DNA of 64,000 nt, taken from Carcharhinus amblyrhynchos. Taxonomy: Eukaryota. Shown here piece after piece: positions 38,021 through 51,459 of this stretch (position 1 is the first letter of the stretch; each line of letters opens with the position of its first letter). The notes below the pieces were generated by a model, which had not been told where the DNA came from, did not search any database, and saw nothing but the letters and a program-made list of their open reading frames with translations. The position numbers were made by a program, and so were the translations under genes. The stretch lies in NCBI GenBank assembly GCA_965287045.1, contig OZ336900.1, forward strand, positions 12,772,001 through 12,836,000, in the 5' to 3' direction.

Positions 38021-41000
38021 TTTAGATTGACTCTAAAACAGTGCAAAATAGATACCCAAAAATGGGAACAACTTGGTCAAGATAAGAGGCAGGGGGAAAA
38101 AATTCTATTCCAATTCCTACTATTAGGCCTATCCCATCACTGATGCCAGCAGAGCAAACATCAACTGAAAAAAATCAGGATCCCAACCTAGTGTATCAAG
38201 AACCTACTCATTCACAGATAAAAATCATTCTCATTAATTACCATGGGACTTACTGCAGGAACTGGGGTGCTCTATTCTGGCTGTCTTCCTTGAAATCAAA
38301 GGATGAACAAAAAAGCCTCAACTTGTCAAAATAACTAACATACGGATTGCTTGACTAAGAATAAAGAACTTCTTTGTTTTGGTCAGAGAAGTCTGGCTTT
38401 GGATGTCTCAGAAAGTTCTGTAAGATCTGACAGGATTTTCCTGTAGAGATTTTAGATCTCTTTTTTGATAGCTTGTTGCCATGTTAGAAAAGGAGGCCTT
38501 TACCATATAGCATTTCATTACAAGGAGCTTCGAAAGATTCAGCACTCTTTCATTCCTTTGAAACAGTTGATGAAGTCAGTCATATACGAGGCTTCTAATT
38601 CTTTTCATGGGTTTTTCTGCTTTTCTGCAATTATCTTGTAAGTAAATTTGACTGAATTTTGCTCTGAGTGACACAGTCAGATGTTATGACATTTATTACC
38701 TTGCCAAATGTATAGGAGAACTTAATGGTGCTGAAGGCTGTGTAAAAGTATAGTTGTTAGATCTGTGGCACACCATCCCATTCACATTTTGTATAAGTTA
38801 CCAGATTTCAGGTCAATGGAAATGCCAGTGTTATATAAAGTGCCTTTCTGCTGTAAGCACAAGTTAAAATTGTTAAGAGAAAGATTGAATTTTAACAGTC
38901 GTATCAAATTAATATCAGGTGATCAGTTACATATGTGGTATCAAACCAAAATATATCAGTGGATTAAAATGTTTTTGAAATGTGCTTTTCGACTACTCCC
39001 ACCAGCGTACAACACTCAAACCTTAATATGACAAGGAAAGCTAAAGTCTGGTCCAATTGACCAAACATGTTCACCTATATCAAAATAAGGAACGTATTAA
39101 AAAGATATTGACATTTAGAGCCTATATAGACTGATCCTCAATAGTTACTTCTTAAAAATTCATTCTGTATCTAGGACCTTTCTAGTGGCATTCTGGCTGA
39201 TATATCTTGCTATCTGACTGGTGACATTTCATTGACTGAATTGATGTGTTCAAGAAATGACTTTCATTATAAGCAACCTCATAGCCTTGATCAAATTCCA
39301 TCCGGCAGGGTGAATGTTAGTTGCCATTATTACATTTTTTTTCTTAATCTCAACTGTGCCACAAATTATTTTTGCTTATTCTGATGGCTTGACATACGAT
39401 TAATATGATCAGGGGATGTTACCCGTTGTAATGATCGAGGTTAAACGCAAATTGCTTGTGCATTCTGATACTTTCTAGACCAGAGCACCCTCAAAACAAA
39501 AAATAAACTGACTGAACTGTCAGTTATTTTGCAGATGTACTATATTTCTCTATTTTGTTTAACCAACTGCAAAACAACCAGAGCTTTATGTTACTGAATT
39601 CACTTGAGAATTGTGTTCAAAATGGCTATGGTCTCGGCAGAAAGTTTATTTCAGGGCTCATTGAATAATAAATTATTTGGTTGCCGATTTACACGGTGCT
39701 GTTTCATGGTCTTTTGTATGCTGACATGCTGATATCCGGGCAGCAGTGCCATGCACGTAACTACCTAGCTTCCTTAGTTGTTGAAAAGAGATTTGGGTCA
39801 AACAACTATTCATGTTATTCACTTTATAAGCCCACCTGTATATTGATATCACTCCAGGAAACTTGTAACCAGAGATATAAGGAGCATATCAATAAAATTA
39901 TCAAAGGGAGGGTACAGGTCAGCCAGAACGTGGCATCAAAATGAAGCTTGTAAATAAATAGAACTGAAGATGTAATTAACAACCTGAAGCATTGGTCATT
40001 TGAGTAAACTTTTTACTGTCTTACATTTAAAGAATGATAGACCAGATTATGTTTACATATCAGTTACATTTTCTTCCATGCACCAGGTAGTAATTCTACT
40101 GCTAAAATTGATAGGCTGGATATACCAGTAGGTTGGTTGCATCAATTTAGTTAGCAAGAGCACAAGTAAAATAGATGCATTGACCCCAACCATTTGAAAT
40201 TGGCATAGGGATTTGGTCCTTGAATTTAAATCATCTCAGACCAGGTACGCTCCCAATGGGAGAGAGATAGCGATGCAGATGGAGACAGAAAAGCCATAAG
40301 CAGCAGTTGCTCTCAGATGCTCCAAAAAAAAATAAAAGTTTGCCTTCAATGCTATTCATATAACATTAATCCTAATGTGCAAACAGACATAGGAATTCTC
40401 TGAGGAATTGAAAATTCTGATCAGAAATTTCCTGCTACCTGGGACCCTGTGCAAATGTTTCCAACTCTTAGCTAGAGCCACCAATTTGGGACAGATATGC
40501 AATTATTATCTAGGAAATGTTAGACAATTTCAAACCTGGGCTAGCAACTGGATAATTCCACAACAGACCTGTCCAATCACCACACCTTTCCCATCACCAC
40601 CATTCCCACCCCAACCCCACACTTCCTGATCACCTCTCCAACAACCTGACTCCATTGACCACCAACTAATCTGTCCATCCATCTAGCCCCTCTACCTATT
40701 CACTCATTTAATTATTCATTCACAAACACATACTCATTCATTATAAGACTGAGCCTTCAAATACCAGAAAATGGCAGCTACTGTCTTATGATGGGGGCTT
40801 GCCCTTTCTTTTCCCGATTCTACTGCACCCCCCCTCCAACCACCCCCACTCACCCCCCCTCTCCTCGGTTAAATACAGGTGTGTTGTCTGGTTCTACGAT
40901 ACTGGAAGGGCAAAATCATTTGTCATAATCCCCATTATCTCATTGCTTTAGAATCTTTAACACAGAAATTATATCATCTTTTAAAATTCCTCCAGTCTGT

Positions 41001-41344
41001 CTATTCCTACTTTGACATCTGGATTATTGTTGCTAAATTGCTATTTCTGTTTGCATCACTTAATTAAGCATTGGTTGGTCTAGATTTCTCCATTGCTTGC
41101 TGGGTAAACTCAATTTTATTTTATTTTGTAATTGAGGATCTGAATAATGCAGCATCAAATGATAGAGAGAGACCAACTAGATTTATTATTGTTCTAGATA
41201 ACTTTACATTCAACAGCTTCACCTTTGCTCACACTTTCCATCCTGCAGATGGATTTATTCTTTTGTCTCACTCAAACAGATTGTGTTTACTTAAAACATA
41301 TTCAAACTAATACATCATGCTGTATTATTTGGACATCATGATGT

Positions 41345-41510
41345 TCAAAGATGTGTGGGTTAGATTGATTGGCCATGCTAAATTGATCCCAGTGTTAGGG
41401 GATTAGCAGGGTAAATATGTAGGGAATAGGGCCTGGATGAGATTGTTATCAGTGCAGGCTCGATGGGCTGAATGGCTTCCTTCTGCATGGTAGGGATTCT
41501 ACGATTCTAT
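41345..41510 (+). mobile_element. HE1-type V-SINE, 3' half
   Basis: caaagatgtgtgggttag...cgatgggctgaatggcttccttctgca..gattctacgattcta. Confidence 0.85.
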
Positions 41511-41544
41511 CGTTATGGTATTTTCCTATCTTCAAAGCAAATAG

Positions 41545-42040
41545 GAACATAGAAAATAGGAGCATGAATAGGCCATTTGGCCCTTTGAGCCTGCTCTGTA
41601 ATTCTATCGTAACACCATATGCACACGTTCTCTCCAGATTCCTTAAAACCTTTAGAGTTTAGAAACCTAAATCATTCTTAAATATATTCAGTGACTTAGG
41701 CTCCACAGTCTTCTGTGGTAGAGAATTCCACAAGTTCACCAACTTCTGAGTGAAGAAATTTCTCCTCATCTCAATCTTGAATGGCCTACCCTGTATCTTC
41801 AGATTCGGACTTCTTGCTCTTTACCCTCTGGCCATGTCAAAATTTTATACCTTTTAATTAGATCCCCTCTCATTCTTCTAAAATCAAGTAAGTGAATATA
41901 GCCTCAGTCAACCTAATCTCTCCTGATATTACATCCTGTCATTCCAGAAATTAGTCTGGTGAACCTTTGCTGTACTCCCTCGACAGCAAGTATATCCTTT
42001 TTTAGGTAAGAAAACCAAAACTGCGTGCAATACTCCAGGT
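41545..42040 (-). mobile_element. CR1 LINE 3' fragment
   Basis: Minus [37 protein letters not shown] (CR1 ORF2). Confidence 0.9.
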
Positions 42041-42585
42041 GGCCTGGGCCTCGGCTCCTCCCCCTGCAACTGGATCCTGAACTTCCTAATCCACAGACCA
42101 CAATCAGTAAAGATTGGGAACAACACTTCCTCCATGATCATCCTCAACACTGATGCCCCACAATGCCGTGTCCTCAGCCCCCTACTATACTCCTTATACA
42201 TCCATGACTATGTTGCCAAATTCCCCTCCAACTCGATTTTCAAGTTTGCTGATGACACCACCGTAGTGCGTCGGATCTCAAACAATGGCAAGACAGAATA
42301 CAGGAATGAGGTAGAGAATCTGGTGAACTGGTACAGTGACAATAATCTCTCCCTCAGTGTCAACAAAACAAAGGAGACTGTCATCAACTTCAGGAAGCAT
42401 GGAAGACAACATGCCCCTGTCTACATCAACAGGGACAAAGTAAAAAGGGTTGAGAGCTTCATGTTTTTAGGTGTCCAGATCACCAACAACCTGTCCTGCT
42501 TCCCCCATGCTGACACTATAGTTAAGAAAGCCCACCAATGCCTCTACTTTCTCAGAAGACTAAGGAAATTTGGCATGTCAGCTAC
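42039..42585 (+). mobile_element. Rex1/Babar LINE RT fragment
   Basis: ORF 42134-42601: [19 protein letters not shown]...[25 protein letters not shown]; closely similar to 6661-7734. Confidence 0.9.
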
Positions 42586-43984
42586 TCTGCTTCATCTTTA
42601 GGTTATCTCGCAGTTCATCAATGTGACCACCAATAGTCTGTGCTGGAGAGCTGAGAGCGTCATCCACAACTTCACTCACAATGGCAGCCATCATCTCAAT
42701 ATCTATAGTGTTACTGAAGTGTAGGCCCGCTCACTGCAAATGTGAAAACTGCGACTACAAACTGACCCCAGTCCGCGGCCATCTCCAACTACCTCAATCA
42801 AACCAGAGTTTTCCTGACCAAAATTTAACCAGGATATTTTAGGGTCATAGTCATTGATTCACAGAGGTTTACAGCACTGCAACAACTTATCCGTACCGTC
42901 CAATGTTCACCACAAAGCTAGTTCCATTTGCCCACATCCCTCTATACCTATCTTGACTATGTAAGAACATAGCACAGATCATACACATCTGGATCAAATG
43001 ATTATGCATCAACATAAATTAAAAGGATTAAAAATGAGTAGTGCTAGTGCTCACAAAAATATAGCCATTCCAGCACTTACATCACATGCCCCCACACCCC
43101 CCCTCCCCCAAACACTCAGTCAGATAGTTTTAATAGTTATTTATCCAAGGGGTAATTTTGTTGACAATAATTGTAATTCCTGCAGCAGCCAGTCTGACTA
43201 GAATACATCAAATTACAATTTTGGGGGAATGTGTTAACAGAAACAAAATATTCCTTTTTTACGAGTGACTACACAGGGTATGATCAAGTGAGCAATGCCA
43301 GAGGGAATAAAAAACACAAATTTTAGTTATCACCTTAACAAATTGCAACTGAAATTGTTATCACAACTGGGTGTACAGCATAAATAAACCACCACAATCA
43401 AGTAAGTGAGATCTTGAGAACTAATGCTATTAAAGTACAGGCTGGCCACTGCGAACCAGGTGTGAATGGACCTGACACGTGAGAGATGAACAACTAGAAA
43501 AATCCATTAACCTACAAACTAACATAGGTTCAATTTCACAAGCTCAAATAACATGAATCTAGAATCAATAAAGCAGCAGGTATCAGTGCCTCTGAGTTTC
43601 TTCCACTTTTTGTTTTGTGGATAAGTATTAATTTTCAGATGTGAGGTCAGCTAATAAAAGATACGCAAAAAAGAGGACTAAAGGATTATTTGTGATCTCA
43701 GAAAAAAGGACCATTTTCCATTCTAGGAAAAGGTGCAATTAAAAGATGAACACTGCTTAGGAGTCCATTGAAAATAAGAGGAACAGAGCAAGTTTCAAAG
43801 CAGGTCGCAAGAAATAAAAGTTACATACACCCAGATATCATTGCAAACACAAAGCTTTGCAATTTGCCTTTGACTTTTAGAAATCTGAACATGCCCTCTC
43901 AATCAACAACAGGCAAATTCACCAGAAAACACAATAAACATGTGTATATTTAAAAACATATATATATTTACATATAGGATCTTC

Positions 43985-44192
43985 TGACTCAGCGACCCAG
44001 GTTCAACTCCCGGCTTGGGCGCTCTGGTTTCCTCCTACAGTCTGAAAGGCGTGCTGGTTTGGTGGACTGGCCATGCTAAATTCTCCCTCAGTGTACCCGA
44101 ACAGGCACCGGAGTATGGCGATTAGAGGATTTTCACAGTAACTTCATTGCAGTGTTAATGCAAACCTACATGTGACGCTAATAAATAAACTT
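43985..44192 (+). mobile_element. V-SINE with alternative tail, internally deleted
   Basis: gacccaggttcaactcccggcttggg joined directly to gctctggtttcctcc; tail tgtgacgctaataaataaacttt. Confidence 0.85.
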
Positions 44193-44569
44193 TAATCTTT
44201 AAAAACTTTAAACTTTTCTTGCATCTAGCAATTAATAAACTCACTACTTTTAAATCAAGAAAACCTGGTTAAATTGGCTTATTTTAAAACAGAACTATTG
44301 GATCTGGGAAAAGGCTCTCTGCGAAAAGAGATCCTCTTTAGATTCAACCTTGTTGCAACCAACAGTGGGGGCCAAATAAAGACATGGTGCCAGTTTGTTC
44401 CTCCTCACCCAGGTTGTAATAGTTTGGGGGTATTCCAGCTAGACAGTGACAAATTGAGACATTACACCTGGATCAACAAATTGGAGACACTCACCTGAGG
44501 TGGATCCCAACAATTCTCTTAATTAACCCTCATTTGCCCAAGCGGCCATTCATTTTGTACTGAAGTATT

Positions 44570-45160
44570 GCGCCTTAACAATACTCTTTCCCTATAGAAG
44601 ACTTTGCTATTTCCTTTGATGTTAGCTGCCAGTTTCTTTTCATACTATTTCTTTGCTTCCCCATTGAATCTTCTACGTTCAGCCTTGATTTATTATCCAG
44701 CGCGACATCTATCATAAGTGTACTATTCTTCTTCATCTTAACTGTTTTCTTTTTTGAGATCCAGGGAGTCCTGGATTTGTTTTTTGTATCTTTTCCCTTT
44801 GAGGGAATATACTTGACTATGCCCAAACTATCTATTCTTTAAAGGCTGCCCATTATTCAGTTACAATTTTGCCTGCCAACCTTGATTTTAATTCACCATG
44901 ATAGATCCATTCTTACTCTACTGAAGTTGGTTTTCCCTGAGACCTTTATTCTTACTTGTTCCTTGTCCTTCTCCATAGTCATCCTAAATGTTATTATACA
45001 ATTATCCTAAATATTGTCTTAGTGATACTTGATCCACTTGGCCCACTTCATTCCCAAACACCTGGTCGAGCACTGTCTCCTTTCTCATTTGACTGGAAAC
45101 ATACAGCTGCAGAAAAATTTCTTGAACACACTCTAAGAACTCTTGCCCTGGCCAATCATG
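44570..45160 (-). mobile_element. CR1 ORF2 internal fragment
   Basis: GQEFLECVQEIFLQLYVSSQMRKETVLDQVFGNEVGQV and KYIPSKGK..SRTPWISK. Confidence 0.8.
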
Positions 45161-45227
45161 CACGTTCCTGAGGAGCAGGGGAATTGGCCCATTGGAAATT
45201 GAGACTTCCTTGGCAAATCCCAGGGAG

Positions 45228-45374
45228 AACACAGTAAGAAGTCTCACAACACCAGGTTTAAATCCAACTAGTTTATTTGATAATAATTACAATCAAATAA
45301 ACTGGTTGGATTAAACCTGGTGTTGTGAGACTTTTACTGTGTTTACCCCAGTCCCACGCCGGCATCTCTACATC
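45228..45374. mobile_element. Penelope-derived palindromic mini-element with 10-bp TSD
   Basis: Arms 45228-45281 and 45292-45343. tcccagggag at 45218-45227 and 45378-45387. Confidence 0.8.
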
Positions 45375-46410
45375 AATTCCCAGGGAGGTCAGTGCTTTGG
45401 GACTCCCTTGGTGTGGTCCTTGAAAAATCTGGGACGTTTTTTCATTATGGGATGGTAAGCCTTTAAGACAAGTAAAATCATTTGACTTCTCAGGTTGCAA
45501 TGGCTGATTTACAAATTATTAAAAGCAGAGCTTACAACAGAGAGACAAAAAAGAAGTTGTCTCAACCTGGAATTCATGAAAATATGACAACTGAGTACAA
45601 CAAAAGATTAAGTTTGCTTGTGAAGACCAATAGGAAAGTGTAGAAAAAATGTTGAATTTGTTTACACTATACAATTTGCATTTAGACTATTTTCCGATAA
45701 ACAAAAATAAGCGTCAATTATTTTAAGTTAATTAGTCCGATTAAAAACTATGTTAAAACAGAAAGCTTTAACAACAGAAAGCAAGTGCTGTAACTAATTA
45801 AATGAGACACTTTAATGAAAAATGTTCACAGTTGATCCAGCTTGTTCTATTATCCACGGTCTGAATTTAAGGGCGGAATTTTACTATTTTGCAGCTTTTT
45901 GCTACCTCAAACCCCCATCTATCGATTGGATCAGGAATTGATTCAATACGCTTTTGAATGCAGCTATTGATACCATTATGTGAGCTTTATTAGATCACTA
46001 CGGATAAACTAACAGCAATATTGGAGTGTTTTAAAATCCTGTAATTTAATCTCAGGAGCTTGGTGGCATAAATTGTAAAAGCATACATCAAACCATTTAT
46101 GAACTGATAAGAATCCCAAAAGTCTACTACAGTATAGTAAAATGCTCCAGCAAATTTCTTGTTTTATATACTGGTCTGTTATGGCTCTCTGCAGTCTGTC
46201 AATGTCCACCATAACAGTGTTCTAAAGACAACAGTGGTTGTTTTTGTCATGTGGCATGACAATTGAGTACAACAAAAGACTAAGTACATGTTGCAATAGA
46301 AAGGTCAGTGACACAAAGGCATCTTCCAGTATTACTGGCTATATAAAACAGCATTTTGAGCCTCCAAAAGCTTTATGGACAATCAATGTCCAATAAATTT
46401 GATTAAAGTA

Positions 46411-46530
46411 AATCACTGCGGATGCTGGAACCTAAAACAGAAAATGCTAGAAAATCTCAGCAGGTCTGACAGCATCTGTGGAGAGAGAAGAGAGCCAATG
46501 TTTTGAGTCTGGATGACTCTTCATCAGAGT
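46411..46530 (-). mobile_element. Penelope terminal repeat fragment with decayed hammerhead ribozyme core
   Basis: Minus strand CTGATGA-a-GAGTC-atcca-GACTC-aAAAC, then ctccacagatgctgtcagacctgctgagattttc. Confidence 0.75.
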
Positions 46531-46939
46531 TTATAGCTGGCTTCATTAAGCTTCAACTAATGCACCAGTTTGCTTTTCCCAAAACTGAGGTCCTCACAAT
46601 ATCCCCCTCTAACCAGCATCACAAATATTTAAGAGAAACAACCCTTAGAGACTTTAATATACTTGTACTAGAAGACATCAAATGGGCAGACAGCGTGAAT
46701 GTTATTAAATCTCCTTCTTTAGTATTATATTTGCAATTGATGCTTGCCAAATGCTGCCATTCAATTTTATTGTAAACAAAGGAGTCTAGTATTTCAAAAA
46801 ACATTCAGGTGACCTGAACAGCAAATGGCTTTACTTTATGACTGACACTTAAAGGTTGTAGCAAACTACATTTGCTGTCCCAAGAATACAGATTAATGGA
46901 AAACATTCAGATGAAAAAAGGATATGATATGCACTGGAT

Positions 46940-47568
46940 TCACCACATAAAAACAGTGACTACAAGAGCAGGTCAGAGATAAGGAATACTGCAGCAAGTA
47001 ACTCACCTTCTGACTCCCCAAAGCCTATCCACCATCTACAAGGCACAAGTCAGGAGTGTAGTGGAATACTTCCCACTTGCCTGGATGGGTGCAGCTCCAA
47101 CAAGACTCAAGAAGTTTCACACCATCCAGGACAAAGCAGTTCACTTGATTGGCACCACATCTACAAACATCCACTCCCTCCACCACTGACGCTCAGTAGC
47201 AGCAGTGTGTACTACCTACAAGATGCACTGCAGTAATTCACCAAAGATCCTTAGACAGCACCCTGCAAACCCATGACTACTTCCATCGAGAAGGACAAGG
47301 GCAGCAGATACATGGGAACAGCACCACTGCAAATTCCTCTCCAAGCCACTTATCATCCTGACTTGGAAATATATTACCGTTCCTTCACAGTCGCTGGGTC
47401 AAAATCCTAGAATTCCTGCCCTAATGGCATTGTAGGTAAACCCACAGAACATTGACTGCAGCGATTCAAGAAGGCAGCTCACCACCACCTTCTCAAGGGC
47501 AACTAGGGATGGGCAATAAATGCTGGCCAGCCAGCATTGCCCATATCCCAGGAATGGATTTTAAAAAA
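46940..47568 (+). mobile_element. CR1-group LINE 3' end (family of 22017/28612)
   Basis: LTPQSLSTIYKAQVRSVVEYFPLAWMGAAP; ends gggcaactagggatgggcaataaatgctggccagccagc. Confidence 0.9.
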
Positions 47569-47732
47569 TTGTTTAAAAATAATCAAATAATTATAAACAA
47601 ACACTGTCCTAATTAACTGGAAAAAAAAATAGCAAGTCATATATTACAGACATTTGTCTCTCTTCATACTGCTAAATTAACAGGATCTTTAGACTCTACT
47701 GTGCGCTTACTAACTCACTAGTATTTCAGAGA

Positions 47733-47870
47733 TGTGGGGTTGCTGGCATTGGACTGGGGTAGGCACAATAAGTAGTCTCAGAACACCAGGTTAAAGTCCA
47801 ACAGGTTTATTTGATAGCATGAGCTTTTGGAATGTTGTCCCTTCATCACTTACCTGAAGAAAGGGCAACT
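47733..47870. mobile_element. Penelope terminal fragment (family of 31389/45228) with decayed hammerhead halves
   Basis: ggactggggtaggcac..acaccaggttaaagtccaacaggtttattt, then gagcttttggaatgttgtcccttcatca and cctgaagaaaggg. Confidence 0.7.
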
Positions 47871-48004
47871 CACACACACACACACAGAGCTTGGCCTAGT
47901 CTTTCCAGTCATCCCATCCCATTCTTATTGGGCTTCTTACTTGTGTGGTACTGCAAGGCTGAGATCTTCTAAATGGTATAGTTATCTAGTATGTAGCAAA
48001 CCAA

Positions 48005-48290
48005 AGGTAGGGGAGTCTAAAACAAGATGGCATAGGTTTAAGGTGAGAGGGGAGAGATACAAAAGGGTCCAGAGGGCAATTTTTTCACACAGAGGGTGGT
48101 GAGTGTCTGGAACAAGCTGCCAGAGGTAGTAGTAGAGGCAGGTACAATTTTGTCTTTTAAAATGTATTCAGACGGGTTTAGAGGGATGTGGGCTAAACGT
48201 GGGCAATTGGGACTAGCGTAGGGATTTTAAAAAAAGGCAGCATGGACAAGTTGGGCGAAGGGCCTGTTTCCATGCTGTAAACCTCTATGA
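48005..48290 (+). mobile_element. CR1 LINE 3' end
   Basis: ESKTRWHRFKVRGERYK; gggcctgtttccatgctgtaaacctctatgac. Confidence 0.85.
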
Positions 48291-50019
48291 CCAACAAGAT
48301 TAATTCAATACTAAATGTACCAATTGACTGGATCAATCTTAGATGCCTATAGTTTGCTGAATGACTGCTCAGATTTGAATGTGGCTCTCATATTGGCACC
48401 AACTAGCAGAACCTGGTGCCCTGACAGCAGTTATGAACCAGTTATCATGAAGGTACTACTATTGGAAGGATTCAGCCCTACATCTTTAATTTGGATTAAA
48501 GATGGGGCTGGGAGAAGGGGTGATATGGGGCAATGTGTGAGCTGAACATTGAAGGAGTGAACTTTCACAGCTGCAGGAACAGCTGTGCTTGTCCTGGTGT
48601 TGGCTCCAATTCCTGCTGCAACAGATGATAGAAGACAATCTCCCAATACACCATTCCACTGTTATGTTGAGTTAAGATGTGCAGTTTTAGAAGAATTCTT
48701 GTTGGCCCTTGCCTCCTTTATTGTCTTCTTTGTGACTTTATGGACAGAATTTAATTGTATGCACGCATGTCCCACCGTGAAATTGCATCTGGGTCAGGCC
48801 ACACAGGATCCCAGAGATAAGATTGGCTATGCAATTTTTTTTTGCCCCCACCCTAGAGGGGGCATAGCATCCTATAGTTATTGATTAGTGAGTTGACACT
48901 GCATAATTCAACAGTTTCAGCTCCACAACTCCATAAATGAAGCATATATGCTTACATTTTAAAGCCATCAACGTGTTTGAGATGGGGCAATGGCAAAACA
49001 ATCCAGGACAGCCTTGGTAATGTGTTTGAACACAGAGTTATATAAATCTTCAGAACATCCATTATTCACAATAACTATTGCAGAGAAAAGCATTCTACAA
49101 AATCTCAATTACAATTGATAAATAATTTCAATTTAAAAAACGTCACACACCTTTATGGCACAGAAAATATTGCTATTAGTCAAGTATTTCAGTGTTAATG
49201 ACTATATTATACTCTTCTCAGTGAGACTGTATGCATCAAAATTAATCATGACAAACTAGCTATAGACAATAGAAGGTCATTACCAATTAAAACTAATAAG
49301 AGAATTGACGTATAGATTACTCCAAGTCAGTCATTGCAATATATCTACAAATGCAACAGCTCCAGAAATACAGAGCTAAAAAAGAGTGGAAACATTAGCA
49401 ATGGAAAAAATTACAGATAATTTTGTAGCAAAGAAGACTATTTTGTCTTTATTTTAACTAAGTCATTCTTCTCTTATACCAAGCTAACTGTTCTTGTTTA
49501 GATTTCATCTTTGAAAGGCACTAGTTGTTGCCATATCTGTTCTTACCTTTGTGATTAGTGCCATCCCGGCTTCCTTGAGGTAATGGGGTATATTGCTGAA
49601 AGCCTGATGAATTGGAGCCAAAGTCACTGGAGGCCTGCTTGGAAAAAGCATATTGGAACTAATATAAAGCCGGAAGGTGGAAAAGGTAACAAGACTAAAC
49701 AGTAACATAGATTGCAGATTCAAACAAAGGCAGGTGAAAGATCTTGAAATAGTTGACCAACTTTGCAAGATTTTAGGAAGCCACCCAAAAGTTAGCACTA
49801 TATGGGTTAGATCAGCTCCTCTTGATCTAGATCCCATTATGTTTTTAACTGTAGCTTAAGTTACAATATAACTGTTGTTCTATCTTTTGATCTCTGTTAT
49901 GAATAAAAAGGTTTTATAAAATTATTTTGGGCTGTATCTTTATTTCAAGATAAAATGGAGGTGAGTTCTGCCTGACAACAATGTGGCTTCATGACAGGGA
50001 GGCTCAGGTCAGAGGCTAT

Positions 50020-50360
50020 GTCTAACTAGACTAGCAATCCAGAGACCCAGGGTAACTCAGGTTTGAAACCCATCATGATTAATGCTGAAATTTAAATTCA
50101 ACTTAATAAAATTTGGAATTAAAAATTGAACGATGACCATAAAACCATTGCCAATTGTCATAAAAAAAACCTTCTGGTTCATTAGTGTCCTTTAGGGATA
50201 GAAATCTGCCACCCTTACCTGGTCTGGCCTACATGTAACTCCAGATCCATAGTAGTGTGGTTGACACTTAAATGCCCTGGCAAGCCACTCAGTTCATGCG
50301 ATTAGGGATGAGCAAGAAATGCTGGCACAGCCACTGATGCCCACATTTCACAAATGAATA
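50020..50360 (+). mobile_element. tRNA-headed SINE (7741 family)
   Basis: ggtttgaaaccc...ccttacctggtctggcctacatgt...tagggatgagcaagaaatgctggc. Confidence 0.8.
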
Positions 50361-50431
50361 GACTTTTGTAAAAATGTACTTGGTGTATTTCACACCTGAA
50401 AATAAAGGCAAGTGCAGCTGGGTTGACATTT

Positions 50432-50559
50432 GGGCTGGAATTCTTCCGGTGCACTCATCATGGGAACTGTAGTGGACAGGGGTGGGCCATGCAAAAGGTC
50501 TTTTGACCTCAGGTGGGATTCTCTGATTTTCAGGCGAGTGCGGCCTGAGAATTCTGCCC
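50432..50559. mobile_element. Short MITE with GGGC termini (PIF/Harbinger-like)
   Basis: gggctggaattct ... agaattctgccc. Confidence 0.65.
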
Positions 50560-51459
50560 TTGATCTCTGAGTTTTTGGGCAGAAAGAGAAAGAGAGGTAG
50601 TGAAGGTTTCAAAGTCTACAGCTGGTATGGCCAGCAGAACGGAGAAAGCTATCAGGCAGAATTGAGGGAGGATAGGCGCTGGCCAAACAGATGCATCTCA
50701 TGGCCATCAAAGAATCTGAAAATATGCTCTACTGAAGTCAAGGAGAAATCGCCAGAATGGGCTTCACTGTTGGTAATTGGTTTGGAAATTTGCCAAAAAT
50801 GTGGCATGATGTCATTGGTTGAGTTAAAGTATTAATAGAGATCATCATTCTGTAGTTTCAAGTATTAGTTGCCTATTAAGTAATGATTGGTCAATGCTGC
50901 TTTTAGTTTATTTGTTAAAAATCTGAAAACTTGAAATCTTGTGCAGTTCCTGTAAATCGGTTTGTAAAAGTTATCAGTGTCCATGGGGATCATAATGCTC
51001 CCATTTACCTTTCTCAATCTCACCTCTTTCCAATAAGCTTATAATGCCAGCTAAGTTTGAATCACCATCCTTGTGAAATGCTACCTTGCTGGAGGGACAT
51101 ACTGATTTCCAGTTCAAAGATTAATCATTTAAAAAGCTCATCTCTCACTCTTCAGTAGTTTCATGCACAGCACACAAAGCAGCACTAAACTGGATGAAAA
51201 TTAAATTTCCGGTACTGTGGGAAGAACCCATATCACTTCTGAGAGACCAGAAAATTTGATTTTAATGCATGTTGTTTCATGTGCTGGTGCAACCATGGAC
51301 AAGAAAACCAGAAATTAATTTGTTTAATTTCATCCCCAGAAAGAAAGTAAACCTTTTCACTTCAAGCAAAATGACTTGCCAATGAGGAGAGTTATTTAAA
51401 GCTACATTTGATTTTAAAAATATTCATATGCTCAAAGAACGGGAGTCTGTGGAGTGGAA

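Noticed and set aside
38344-38440. Minus-strand exon-like segment with donor gtatgt
   Set aside because: Stops in all frames and a weak donor context.
50560-50995. LTR-like segment (similar impression at 3300-4260 and 31780-32200)
   Set aside because: Compositional impression only; no paired LTRs, PBS or TSD.
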